The notes under the pieces are model-generated. The model was not told where the DNA came from. It made no database searches and saw nothing but the letters and a program-made list of their open reading frames with translations. Source: Terriglobia bacterium (GTDB taxonomy: Bacteria > Acidobacteriota > Terriglobia > 20CM-2-55-15). From it: 64,000 nt of DNA. Below are positions 30,452 to 40,120 of the stretch, in pieces. The stretch covers positions 928,001 through 992,000 of the forward strand of contig CBDAOY010000008.1 in NCBI GenBank assembly GCA_965198225.1. The letters run 5' to 3'. Made by a program: the position numbers and the translations under genes. Numbering within the stretch: the stretch's first letter is position 1; each line of letters opens with the position of its first letter.

Positions 30452-31081
30452 TCAAGCGTCAATTCCGAGGATTCGCAATCCGGCGTTCTTGACCTTGTAC
30501 TGGCGGTTGATTGCGATCAACAACAGGGTCATCTGTTCAAGATAGCGCGCAGACGACAAGGGGCCGGCGTACACGGGGTGGAGACCGAAACCCTCAACGA
30601 GAGCCAGGACCTCCTCCTTTCGATCCCGCGGACCCGCTACCAGGATATCTGTCTCAACGTGTCTCTCGCGTAGAGTGTGGAAGGAAACCGTCTGGAACGC
30701 CGCGAATACCGCGGTCTCCCCGCCCAGGATTTCGCTTGCCTCTTCGGCTGCAGAACGTCCACTCCCGCTTCGTACCTGCTTCGGGTTTTCCGGATCGATC
30801 GGGACGGTGGCGTCGATCACGAGTTTGCCCCTCAGACCCGAGGCGAGCGGTTCGAGGGTCTGGCGGTGAGCGCCGTAGGGCACACTGAGAATGGCCGCTT
30901 CGCAATCGTTTGCCGCGGCAGCGTTCGACATGCCCCGGACCCGGGCGTCGATTGTCCGCGCTGTGTCTACGGCACGGCCGGCATCACGAGAACCGACAAT
31001 GACGTCATGGCTCGCAGACAGGGCCCGGGCAGCCAGGCCCTGTCCCAACTTTCCCGTACCCCCGATGACCGCAATCCTCAT
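30452..31081 (-). CDS. npdG: NADPH-dependent F420 reductase
   Basis: MRIAVIGGTGKLGQGLA, GSRDA, DATVP, SAAEE, IN..Y; follows cofE. Confidence 0.9.
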   Translation of the reverse strand: MRIAVIGGTGKLGQGLAARALSASHDVIVGSRDAGRAVDTARTIDARVRGMSNAAAANDCEAAILSVPYGAHRQTLEPLASGLRGKLVIDATVPIDPENPKQVRSGSGRSAAEEASEILGGETAVFAAFQTVSFHTLRERHVETDILVAGPRDRKEEVLALVEGFGLHPVYAGPLSSARYLEQMTLLLIAINRQYKVKNAGLRILGIDA

Positions 31082-31809
31082 CTGAACAAATCCTCCTCCG
31101 GCGCTCGGACCAGAGCCGCCGCGTCCGAGCCGCCCGCGGACCACTCGTACCCGCGGATGCGGACCGCGGGGATGCCCTGTGCCTTACCCATCAGGAGGCC
31201 CGCAGCCGCAGCCAGCGCATCGGCGGCGCACAGCACCGTGGAAGACAGGCGATAGCCGAAGCGATCGGGGTGTCCTCTCAGGTCCAGCAGCGCGGCAGGT
31301 CCCGCAATCCCAATACAGACGTCGACCAGCCCTTCGCGCCACGGCCGGCCAAACGTGTCCGTGATGATAATGCCACACCCCAACCGTTCACGAAGTTGTC
31401 GAGCCGACCGGTCCGGGTCTCGGGGCAGCATCGTGACCGTGTCGGTCCCGTCGATGTTCGAGCGGTCCACACCGGCATTGGCGCAGACAAATCCATGGTG
31501 GGTCTCGGTGATGAGCAGTTCGGATCGTTGTCGGACGACGCGACGGCTTTCCCTGAGGATTACTTCGACTAAGCGGGCGTCTTTCATGACCGCCCGCGAC
31601 AGATCGAGCGCTTTCGCCGACGGCTGGACCTCATCGAGCTGAAGAATCCGGTTCTCCGCCTTGGACACCACCTTTTGCGTCACGGTCAGTATGTCGCCCT
31701 CGTCGAGATCGACCTTGTTCCGGGACATGGCCCCGCTCAGGGCCGATGCCAGGTCGTCGCCGGGGCGGATCTCAGGAACGCCGGAAAGCGGCAGAAGCTC
31801 GAGGCTCAT
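31078..31809 (-). CDS. cofE: coenzyme F420-0:L-glutamate ligase
   Basis: PEIRPGDDL, QKVVSKAE, CANAGVDRSN, DTFGRPWR. Confidence 0.96.
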   Translation of the reverse strand: MSLELLPLSGVPEIRPGDDLASALSGAMSRNKVDLDEGDILTVTQKVVSKAENRILQLDEVQPSAKALDLSRAVMKDARLVEVILRESRRVVRQRSELLITETHHGFVCANAGVDRSNIDGTDTVTMLPRDPDRSARQLRERLGCGIIITDTFGRPWREGLVDVCIGIAGPAALLDLRGHPDRFGYRLSSTVLCAADALAAAAGLLMGKAQGIPAVRIRGYEWSAGGSDAAALVRAPEEDLFR

Positions 31810-32459
31810 CAGAGAGCACGCAGAGAACGCTCGGGGCCACCCCTGGACAGGTAGCTCCAGGTATGCGTATCGAGGGGACGGGTATCCATCAGGTCGAAAA
31901 GGTCTTTCGCCGTGTCGACATCAAAACGGATGCCCGGGATGTCGACGACATCGACGGACAAGCGAGAGGCTTGTGCGGAGGCGAGATGTCGGCGCAGGCT
32001 GTCGGTTCCGTACTCCATCTCGATTCGGCGGCCCGGCTGCATCAACACACCGTTGGTGCCCGTCTGGTCCCGGGAGGGCATCAGGGCCAGCCCGTCGAAG
32101 TCGGCATCGAGCACGCCGTCGATCTCGTCCGCCCTGAGGGTCGGCAGGTCGGAGGCGATGGAGAGCAGGCGCGACGCCCCGGTTCCCAACTCCAGCGTCA
32201 TTCGATTCACAGCAGCGCTGTGGCCGGCCACGGTGTTTTCGTCGACGACCTCGAACCCGAACCCCAGGCTCAGGTCACGGACTTCGCTGCTGGCGGTGAT
32301 GACGATCGCCCGCTCGGTGGAACGGGATCCCGCTACGGCGGCAAGGACGTCCTTAAGCATGGCGCGGGCCAATGCCGACCTTTCGGTCGGGTTCAACACT
32401 GGGGCGAGTCTCTGCTTGGCTTCGCTAAACCCCTTTACGGGCAACAGGACGGTCTTCAT
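31809..32459 (-). CDS. cofC: 2-phospho-L-lactate/PEP guanylyltransferase
   Basis: LPVKGFSEAKQRL, SDLP, GTN, DVDTAKDL. Confidence 0.93.
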   Translation of the reverse strand: MKTVLLPVKGFSEAKQRLAPVLNPTERSALARAMLKDVLAAVAGSRSTERAIVITASSEVRDLSLGFGFEVVDENTVAGHSAAVNRMTLELGTGASRLLSIASDLPTLRADEIDGVLDADFDGLALMPSRDQTGTNGVLMQPGRRIEMEYGTDSLRRHLASAQASRLSVDVVDIPGIRFDVDTAKDLFDLMDTRPLDTHTWSYLSRGGPERSLRAL

Positions 32460-33375
32460 TGGTCACGCGTCGCGCCAACCGGCTCGCGTCGTCGGGGCTG
32501 TTGATCAAGATGTTTTCGACCCAGACTCCGACGCCGAGGGCTCGTATTTCGTCGAGACGAGTCAGGTCGGTAGTGTGGATGACGATGTGATCGAGAAAGT
32601 CCCCATATCTTTCGGCGACGGCCTTCGCAGATACCTCCGAGCCCGTCGCCTTCATCAGCTTTCCAGCCGGCCCGCTCACGGGTTGGGAGCCCACGATGGG
32701 ACTGACGGCAACGACCCCCGCTTCGGTCGCCCTGAGGGCTTCGCGTATTCCTGGAACCGCAAGGATCGCTCCGATGCTGGTAACGGGGTTGGACGGCGCC
32801 AAGACAACCCGCGACGCCTTCATGATCGAATTGACGACTCCCTCGGGTGCCCGGGCGACCTCGGCCCCCTCGTAGCTCACGCCGGTGACCTGAGGCTTGC
32901 ACTCTTCCCGGACGAAGTACTCCTGGAAGGCCAGTGTTTCGTGCTCCGTCCGGATTCGCGTCCGAATGGGGCTGTTGGTCGCAGGCATGACGAGCGCGCC
33001 GATGCCGAAACGGTCCGCAAGCTGCTCGGTCGCCTCTTCGAGCGTGGAACCCTGTCGCAGGAGGCTGGACCGAACGAGGTGTGTTGCCAGATCCCGATCG
33101 CCGAGCCTGAACCAGGTCGGCATGCCGAGCTTCTTGATGGTGTCCAGACAACGGAACGATTCATCGCGACGGCCCCAGCCGCGGCTTGGATCGAGTTCAT
33201 CGGCCAGCGCGTAGAGGATGCTGTCGATGTCGGGGCTGACGTAGAGACCCCAGACTTCGTGATCGTCGCCCACGTTGACGATGATGTGGACCTGCTCTTC
33301 AGGCACCACGCCGACCAAGCCCTGCAGGAACTTCGCCGCTCCCGTACCTCCAGCTAACACGGTGACGTGGCTCAT
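32425..33375 (-). CDS. cofD: 2-phospho-L-lactate transferase
   Basis: LAGGTGAAKFL, NVGDD, SPDID, WFRLGDRD, PSNPVTSI, SGPA. Confidence 0.96.
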   Translation of the reverse strand: MSHVTVLAGGTGAAKFLQGLVGVVPEEQVHIIVNVGDDHEVWGLYVSPDIDSILYALADELDPSRGWGRRDESFRCLDTIKKLGMPTWFRLGDRDLATHLVRSSLLRQGSTLEEATEQLADRFGIGALVMPATNSPIRTRIRTEHETLAFQEYFVREECKPQVTGVSYEGAEVARAPEGVVNSIMKASRVVLAPSNPVTSIGAILAVPGIREALRATEAGVVAVSPIVGSQPVSGPAGKLMKATGSEVSAKAVAERYGDFLDHIVIHTTDLTRLDEIRALGVGVWVENILINSPDDASRLARRVTNEDRPVARKGV

Positions 33376-33579
33376 GCGAGGTACCCGTTCGGTCCTAGAT
33401 CTCTAACTATCTTGCTCATCTGCTCCGATCAGTCATGGCTCTACAACCTGCTTTGTCCCACAACGCCGGCGAGCGGCGGTGAGTGTCGGGGTTCCCTCTG
33501 TCTCGAGCGCGGAGTGGAGGGTTCCGGCTGTTGAACAGAGCCTGTGCCAGCCGGAACGCCATACAGTATACCTGCAGTG

Positions 33580-34533
33580 TCACCCAGTCGGCGGTAACAA
33601 GGTCGGAGCATCCGGTTCGGCCGGGCCGCCCCCACCCGCCAGGTCAAGTACTTCGAGAAAGTCGAAGACTGTGTTCAAGTACCGGTCCCTGTCGATTTGG
33701 AAAGCCCTGCCGTGTCGGGCCCCTTTAACGATCAGCAGTTTCCGATGCGGATTCGCCGAGGCCTCGTGGAGGCGGCGGGCAAGCTCGGGCGGCATCCGAC
33801 GGTCTTCGTCGCCCGCGATGAAGAGAATCGGCAGGTCCGGACTCTCCCGAACCGCCGACTCCACATCTCCCTCGACCAGGGCGAACCGCATCCGCAACCG
33901 AGTCAGTCCAGTCATCATGTTGGCGATAGGGAAGGAGGGCAGTCCGAATATGAGTCGGAAGTGATGCGCAACCGTTTCCTCGAGCGAAAGAAAAGAGCTG
34001 TCGGCGACTGCGGCTTCGAAGCCGGGACAGCGGCGGGCCGCGAGCAAAGCCGTCGAGGCTCCGAGCGACACCCCCCAGAGCACAACCGGGCGGGCCGGGG
34101 AACGCGCTTCGACCAGAGCTTTCGCGGCGCACACATCCCGGCTTTCGTGAACCCCGAGCGTCGTGTAGGCCTCACCGCTCTCTCCGTGGTTCCGCAGGTC
34201 GAACAGCAGGACCCCGTAGCCTCGTCGAACGCTCTCAACCCCACGTTCGAGCAGTTCCAGACGGGAGCGATTCAGACCGTGCACGAAGATCAGGACCGGA
34301 CGATCCTCCTGGCCCGGGTTCCACCATCCCCTCAGGGGTATACCGTCCGGAGAGGTAAACTCGACTGCTTCAACCGTCAGGCCGAGAGCCTCAGGATCAG
34401 TGGGCCCTGGTTCCGGAAAGCGGAAACGGCTGCTCGTGATCAGGTATGATCCGCCCACCGGAAGGAAGACCAGGAAGAAGAAGAGGACGGCGGCCAGCCC
34501 CGCCACCAGGAAGCGTTTGAGCCATTTCTTCAT
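33580..34533 (-). CDS. alpha/beta hydrolase with N-terminal TM
   Basis: VHG, DLRNHGES, nucleophile GVSLG, GDED, GARH. Confidence 0.9.
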   Translation of the reverse strand: MKKWLKRFLVAGLAAVLFFFLVFLPVGGSYLITSSRFRFPEPGPTDPEALGLTVEAVEFTSPDGIPLRGWWNPGQEDRPVLIFVHGLNRSRLELLERGVESVRRGYGVLLFDLRNHGESGEAYTTLGVHESRDVCAAKALVEARSPARPVVLWGVSLGASTALLAARRCPGFEAAVADSSFLSLEETVAHHFRLIFGLPSFPIANMMTGLTRLRMRFALVEGDVESAVRESPDLPILFIAGDEDRRMPPELARRLHEASANPHRKLLIVKGARHGRAFQIDRDRYLNTVFDFLEVLDLAGGGGPAEPDAPTLLPPTG

Positions 34534-34550
34534 AGGGCGTGGATTCGGCG

Positions 34551-35189
34551 TCAGCGGAGCCGGGCGATGGGACCGCTTGGGGTCCCACCTTCGGCCGGCC
34601 GTTCGATCTCGGCACTCAGGGCGGCGAGCACCTGCCCCGTGTCTTCGACGAGGACCTCGTAGGTCACGCCGGCAGGAGGGGTCGTCGTCACGATGCCGTC
34701 GATGGCGTAGCGCCGCTTCTCCCCGCCGGCCACCTCGTCGCTGAGTATCACGATCAGCGGCATGGATTCGCCATTCTGCAGGATAACCAACTGCCGTCCC
34801 AGGAAATCGGATACGACCTCGGCCGGCTGGTCCGGCTCCACACGGGCGCGAATCTCCACCGGGATCTCGCTCACGGGTTCCGTTCCGATGTTTTCGACGA
34901 TCAGGCTCAGGTGATGTCGGTAGATGTTCTCGTCCGGGTAGCCCGACTCGCCTCTCAATTCCAGCTCCAACCTGATCTGCGAATAGTCCGTCTGGGTCTC
35001 CAGTGGACCGATCGTCCACAAGGCGAAGCCTAAAAACAACAGCGCCGCGTAGGGATAAGGAGTGTTCAGACGCAGTTTCGCGAACAGGCTCGTCCGCTCG
35101 ACGACGGGGGGCGGATCGAGCGACTTGCCGCAGCTCGAGCAGAAACGGCTGTCAGCGAGAACATCTGCGCCGCAATGCCGGCAGAACAT
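34551..35189 (-). CDS. zinc-ribbon membrane protein
   Basis: MFCRHCG...FCSSCG followed by a TM helix; coupled to the hemF stop. Confidence 0.75.
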   Translation of the reverse strand: MFCRHCGADVLADSRFCSSCGKSLDPPPVVERTSLFAKLRLNTPYPYAALLFLGFALWTIGPLETQTDYSQIRLELELRGESGYPDENIYRHHLSLIVENIGTEPVSEIPVEIRARVEPDQPAEVVSDFLGRQLVILQNGESMPLIVILSDEVAGGEKRRYAIDGIVTTTPPAGVTYEVLVEDTGQVLAALSAEIERPAEGGTPSGPIARLR

Positions 35190-36064
35190 CAGACCCAGTC
35201 CCTCGGCTGGAAGAAGGCCGCAGCGTCGGCCTCGGGCGTCCCCGGCTCGGGCTTGAAGTCGTAGACCCAGCGTGCCACCGGAGGAAGGCTCATCAAGATG
35301 GATTCGGCGCGCCCGCGAGTCTTGAGGCCGAATACGGTGCCGCGATCATACACGAGATTGAATTCGGCGTAGCGGCCCCGCCGAATCATCTGAAACTCGC
35401 GTTCTCGATCGCCAAACGATTCGTCCTTCCTGCGCTCGACGATCGGAAGGTAGGCCGGTAGCAAACAATCACCGACAGTCCGAACGAACTCGAACACGCG
35501 GTCGAGGTCTTCCTGAAGGTAGTCGAAGAATATGCCTCCGATGCCCCGCATCTCACCCCGGTGCTGGATCGTGAAGTATTCGTCGCACCAGCGCTTGAAA
35601 CGCGGATAGTAACCCGGATCATGGGCGTCACATGCGGCTTTCAGGGTGGCGTGAAAGTGGACCCCGTCGTCCGCGTACGGGTAGGAGGGCGTCAGGTCGG
35701 CACCGCCCCCGAACCATGAACCATCTCCCTTTTCCAGGTACCTGAAGTTCGCATGGACGACGGGAACCTTCGGGTTCAATGGGTGAATCACAAGGGATAT
35801 GCCCGTGGCGAAGAACTCGGTTCCGGATCCTACGGGAATCTCGTCGGCGAATTCCTCCGGAAGGCGGCCCTGGACTTCCGAGAAGTTCACGCCGCCTTTC
35901 TCGAACACTGGGCCGCCCTCCAAAACGCGGGTCCTCCCGCCGCCGCCTCCTTCGCGTTCCCATAAATCCTCCCGGAAGGCGGTCCCGTCCATCTCCGAGA
36001 GCGCTGCGGTGATCCGGTCCTGCAAATCCTTGAAATAATTCCCTGCTTCGTCTCGCACGTTCAT
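35189..36064 (-). CDS. hemF: oxygen-dependent coproporphyrinogen III oxidase
   Basis: FEKGGVNFS, HANFRY, WFGGGADLTP, RGRYAEFNLVYDRGT. Confidence 0.98.
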   Translation of the reverse strand: MNVRDEAGNYFKDLQDRITAALSEMDGTAFREDLWEREGGGGGRTRVLEGGPVFEKGGVNFSEVQGRLPEEFADEIPVGSGTEFFATGISLVIHPLNPKVPVVHANFRYLEKGDGSWFGGGADLTPSYPYADDGVHFHATLKAACDAHDPGYYPRFKRWCDEYFTIQHRGEMRGIGGIFFDYLQEDLDRVFEFVRTVGDCLLPAYLPIVERRKDESFGDREREFQMIRRGRYAEFNLVYDRGTVFGLKTRGRAESILMSLPPVARWVYDFKPEPGTPEADAAAFFQPRDWV

Positions 36065-36130
36065 TTCTGAATGATAACTGCCGGAGTTGCCAGTAGTCAG
36101 TAGTCAGTTTGTCTTCAACGTGAGGGACTC

Positions 36131-36252
36131 GTGGCCTGTAACAGTTGTCGGAAGCCGTCACCGATGAAAGAGTATCGCTTTCCGTCTCCCTCCTCGACCT
36201 CGCCCGCAAGACCCATCGGCGATGGTGCCGATAGCACTGTTACAGGCCACTA
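36131..36252. mobile_element. MITE-like element, family A, copy 2 (internally deleted)
   Basis: GTGGCCTGTAACAG...CTGTTACAGGCCACTA ends; 36145-36252 nearly identical to 9881-9988. Confidence 0.85.
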
Positions 36253-36317
36253 GCGCTGCCACCGCGGGTCGCAACGTTGGAAGTGAGGTATGATTGGCTT
36301 CGTTCATCGAAAGCGGA

Positions 36318-36851
36318 ATGATCATGCACAGATTCACTTTCCTGTTGCTCTTCCTGCTCTTGAGCCCGTCTTCGGTCCCGGCGCAAGCCCGGTTGCTTTT
36401 CCAGGCTGCCGAAGGGTGGCGGGTCGAGACGCCGGGGTCGGAGATGCGCGTCGGACAGTTCGTCCTACCGCGCTCGAAACCGGAGGGCGAGGACGCCGAA
36501 CTCGTCGTTTACTTCTTTGGTGGTGCCGGCGGCAGCGTTGATGCCAACCTGACTCGTTGGGCCGGACAGATGGAACAGCCCGACGGGGGAGACTCCCGCC
36601 GAGTCGCGACGACTGAAGAGTTCTCTTCACACGGCCTGGATCTGACTACGCTGGACCTGTCCGGCACCTATGTTGCCGAGGTCCGGCCGGGAAGCGCCGA
36701 ATACCACAACAAGCCGGGGTACCGCCTGATAGCGGCCGTCGTCGAGACGCCCGGAGGTCCATACTTCGTGAAACTCACCGGTCCGGCCGAGACCGTGGAA
36801 CGCTGGGAGGAGAGCATAGGCGAGTTCCTCCGATCGTTTGCCTACCGCTGA
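36318..36851 (+). CDS. secreted hypothetical protein
   Basis: Signal peptide; GGSVDANLTRWAGQ and FVKLTGP motifs; start uncertain. Confidence 0.75.
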   Translation: MIMHRFTFLLLFLLLSPSSVPAQARLLFQAAEGWRVETPGSEMRVGQFVLPRSKPEGEDAELVVYFFGGAGGSVDANLTRWAGQMEQPDGGDSRRVATTEEFSSHGLDLTTLDLSGTYVAEVRPGSAEYHNKPGYRLIAAVVETPGGPYFVKLTGPAETVERWEESIGEFLRSFAYR

Positions 36852-36876
36852 CACGAACCGCTGGACCGGAGTTCCG

Positions 36877-37560
36877 ATGGCTTTGCTCTCCAGCCCGGAT
36901 CGCGCGGAGATCCGGAAGATGTTCCAGGGGCTTGAACGTGACGTCAAGCTGGTCTGTTTCACCGAGAGGGAATCACCGATCGTGATTCCCGGACGGGGCT
37001 GTGCCAGCTGCAAGGAAACCCAGGTACTGCTGGAAGAGGTCGTCGCTCTGTCGGAGCGGCTCTCCCTCGACGTGCACGAGCACGACCCCACTGCCGAGCC
37101 GGCTGGAGAATACCGCATCGACAAGATCCCCGCGATCGTGATCGAGGCCGAGGGGGTGCAGGGACGGGTCCGCTACTTCGGAATGCCTTCCGGTTACGAG
37201 TTCTCGGTCCTCGTGGGCGCGATCATCGACGCCGGCGGTCTTTCCACCGGGCTGGCGGAGGAGACCCTCGGGTTGCTCGAGGAGATCTCGGAAGATGCCC
37301 ACATCCAGGTTTTTGTCACGCCTACATGACCGCACTGTCCCGGCCTGGGCAGGCTGGCCCACAAAATGGCGATCGACAACCCGCACATCACCGCAGACGT
37401 GATCGAGGTGACCGAGTTCCTGCCTCTGGCAGAACGCTACGCGGTACGGGGCGTGCCAAAGACCGTCATCAATGAAGGCAACGAATTCGTGGGTGCGCTC
37501 ACCGAAGCCGAATTCGTCCGCGTGGTAGTCGACGCAGTGTCTCCGCGGGCCGAGTCATGA
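36877..37560 (+). CDS. two-domain thioredoxin-fold protein disulfide oxidoreductase, probable selenoprotein (UGA=Sec at 37327)
   Basis: CASC motif, then FVTPT-UGA-PHC; frame continues to VRGVPKTVIN; hairpin 37340-37357 just after UGA. Confidence 0.88.
37340..37357 (+). promoter_or_regulatory. putative bacterial SECIS element
   Basis: CCGGCCT-GGGC-AGGCTGG stem-loop; G-rich loop starts 18 nt after the UGA. Confidence 0.65.
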
Positions 37561-38915
37561 CTCGCGGACTCGACGACTATATCGAGAAGGTCCGGCCGGA
37601 GTTCGAGACGAAACTCCGGGAATGGGTCGAGATCCCGACGATCAGCGCACTGCCCGAAAAGCGGGCCGACATCGAACGCGGAGCGGACGAGGCCCTCGCC
37701 TATCTGAGAGCCCTCGGAGGACATGCCGAGAAGATTCCAACCGATGGTAACCCTGTGGTCCTGGGGCGATTCGAAAGCCACGAGTCCCATCCCACCGTAA
37801 CCGTGTACAACCACCTGGACGTGCAGCCGGCGAACGAACCCGAGTGGAGAAGCGAACCCTTTCGGATGCTCACCGAAAACGGGACCTACATCGGGCGAGG
37901 CACTACCGACGACAAGGGACCGGCTTTGACCGCCCTGCTGGCAGCGCGCTACGCGCGAGATGCCGGAACACCCCTGAACATTCAGTTTTTCTGGGAGTTG
38001 GAGGAGGAAATCGGCAGTCCGAATTTCGAATCATTCATCCGGAGCAATGTTGGGCGGATCGCCACCGATTCTGTTGTGGTCTCCGACACGATCTGGGTCT
38101 CCCGACAGTGCCCCGCGATTCCGTACGGCCTGCGGGGGCTTCTCTCGCTCCGCCTTCTTCTGGAGACGGGAACGAGGGACGTCCATTCCGGTCTGACCGG
38201 TGGGGCCGCCCGGAATCCGATCTCCGAACTTTGCGAGGTGCTCACGGCCTGCGCGGATGCAGGCACAGGGATGGTTCGAGTCCCGAATTTCTACGACGAT
38301 GTCGTCCCTGCGACCCAACAGGAAGTCGAAGATTTTCTGGCGTCCGGCTTCAACGCCGAGGGTTTCCGCGACGCGCATGAGTTGAAGTTGCTCCGGTCCA
38401 CGGATCCGGCGGACCTGGCCCAGCGGATCTGGACGCGACCCACTTTCGAGGTTCACGGCATCGTCGGCGGGTACACCGGCCCCGGCGTCAAGACGGCAGT
38501 ACCTGCCAGGGCCGAGGCCAAGGTCAGCATGCGCCTTGTACCGAAGCAGTCGCCGCAGAAGATCTTCGAGTTGGCAAGTGAATTCATCAAGGAGCGGAAT
38601 CCCGACGTCGAGGTGGTCCTGGATTCCACACTGGCACCCTACATCGGACCTCGCGAAGGCATTCATGCCCGTGCGGGCCGGAATGCGATGGCCGAGGCGT
38701 TCGGGATCGAACCGGCCATGGTGCGGGAGGGCGGCTCCATCGGAGCGGTCGTCACGATGGAACAGTACCTCAAGACGCCGATCATATTCCTGGGTTTGAG
38801 CCTGCCCGAGCACGGCTATCACGCCCCAAACGAAAACTTCGACTGGAACCAGGCGTCCGGGGGGATCCGGATGTTTGCCCGCTACTTCGAAAGCCTCGCC
38901 AAGCTGGATAAGTGA
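37557..38915 (+). CDS. M20/M25/M40 family metallo-dipeptidase
   Basis: YNHLDVQP, GRGTTDDKG, EEEIGS, HSG, GGSI, HAPNE. Confidence 0.93.
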   Translation: MTRGLDDYIEKVRPEFETKLREWVEIPTISALPEKRADIERGADEALAYLRALGGHAEKIPTDGNPVVLGRFESHESHPTVTVYNHLDVQPANEPEWRSEPFRMLTENGTYIGRGTTDDKGPALTALLAARYARDAGTPLNIQFFWELEEEIGSPNFESFIRSNVGRIATDSVVVSDTIWVSRQCPAIPYGLRGLLSLRLLLETGTRDVHSGLTGGAARNPISELCEVLTACADAGTGMVRVPNFYDDVVPATQQEVEDFLASGFNAEGFRDAHELKLLRSTDPADLAQRIWTRPTFEVHGIVGGYTGPGVKTAVPARAEAKVSMRLVPKQSPQKIFELASEFIKERNPDVEVVLDSTLAPYIGPREGIHARAGRNAMAEAFGIEPAMVREGGSIGAVVTMEQYLKTPIIFLGLSLPEHGYHAPNENFDWNQASGGIRMFARYFESLAKLDK

Positions 38916-40120
38916 AATACGACTTCGACGCTGAAGTAGATCGAAAGAATACGAGTTCGATCAAGTGGGAGTTCATCGAAAGGGCAGGGGACCTGCACCT
39001 GGAGAGGACGCATCGATTCTTCGGAGACGACCGGGTTCTGCCCATGTGGGTGGCGGACATGGACTTTCAGGTTCCGATCGCCGTCGCAGAAGCCCTCGTT
39101 GCCCGGGCGAAGCACGCAATCTACGGATATACCGCGCCAGGGGACTCCTACTATCAGTCGGTAACCGGTTGGATGAAGAGACGGCACGGGTGGGACGTCT
39201 CTGCGGACTGGATCTCGATCACTCCCGGCGTCGTCCCGGCCCTGAACCTTTTGATCCGAGCCTTCGTTCCTTCAGGTGGGGGAGTGCTCGTCCAGCCGCC
39301 GGTCTACTACCCCTTCTTCAGAGCGATCGAGAACAACAGCGCGCGACTCATCTGCAATCCCCTGATTCTCGGGAACGGTCGCTACACCATGGATTTCGAT
39401 GACCTTGACCGAAAGACGAGAGATCCTCAGGTCGGAATGACCATCCTGTCGAGTCCCCACAACCCGGTCGGGCGGGTCTGGGCCGAGGAGGAGTTGGTTC
39501 GCTTCGGGGAGATCTGTCTGAAGAACGACGTGCTGATCGTAGCCGATGAAGTACATGGCGATTTGATCTACAGGGGACACCGGTTCATCCCATTTTCCGG
39601 TCTCCGCCCCGACTTCGCCCGGAACGCGATCGTGTGCACCTCGGCGAGCAAGACATTCAACCTGGCAGGTCTGCAGACATCGAACATCGTGATCTCGGAT
39701 GAACAACTGCGCTCCGAGTTTAGAAATACCCTGAATGCGACCGGATTGTTCGGGGCGGCAACGTTCGGCGTCGTCGCGACCGAGGCCGCCTATGACCACG
39801 GTGAAGACTGGCTCGAGCAGCTACTCGTGTATCTGGAAGGCAACCTCCTGTTCCTTGAACAATATGTAAGAACACATCTCGACGGAATTCGCGTCGTCCG
39901 ACCGGAAGGCACGTTTCTGGTCTGGCTCGACTGTCGCGGGCTGGGACTCGATCGGGAGCGGTTGAGGAACCTGATGTTCGAGGGGGCCAGAATCTACCTC
40001 GACGACGGTTTCCTGTTCGGCGACGAAGGCGACGGATTCCAGCGGATCAACATTGCGTGTGCCCGATCGGTACTGACCGACGCGCTGGAGCGAATCAGGA
40101 AAGCTGTCGCCGGACTGTGA
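38912..40120 (+). CDS. MalY/PatB family PLP-dependent C-S lyase
   Basis: PMWVADMDF, SPHNPVGRVW, DEVHGD, SKTFNLAGL. Confidence 0.93.
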   Translation: MKYDFDAEVDRKNTSSIKWEFIERAGDLHLERTHRFFGDDRVLPMWVADMDFQVPIAVAEALVARAKHAIYGYTAPGDSYYQSVTGWMKRRHGWDVSADWISITPGVVPALNLLIRAFVPSGGGVLVQPPVYYPFFRAIENNSARLICNPLILGNGRYTMDFDDLDRKTRDPQVGMTILSSPHNPVGRVWAEEELVRFGEICLKNDVLIVADEVHGDLIYRGHRFIPFSGLRPDFARNAIVCTSASKTFNLAGLQTSNIVISDEQLRSEFRNTLNATGLFGAATFGVVATEAAYDHGEDWLEQLLVYLEGNLLFLEQYVRTHLDGIRVVRPEGTFLVWLDCRGLGLDRERLRNLMFEGARIYLDDGFLFGDEGDGFQRINIACARSVLTDALERIRKAVAGL

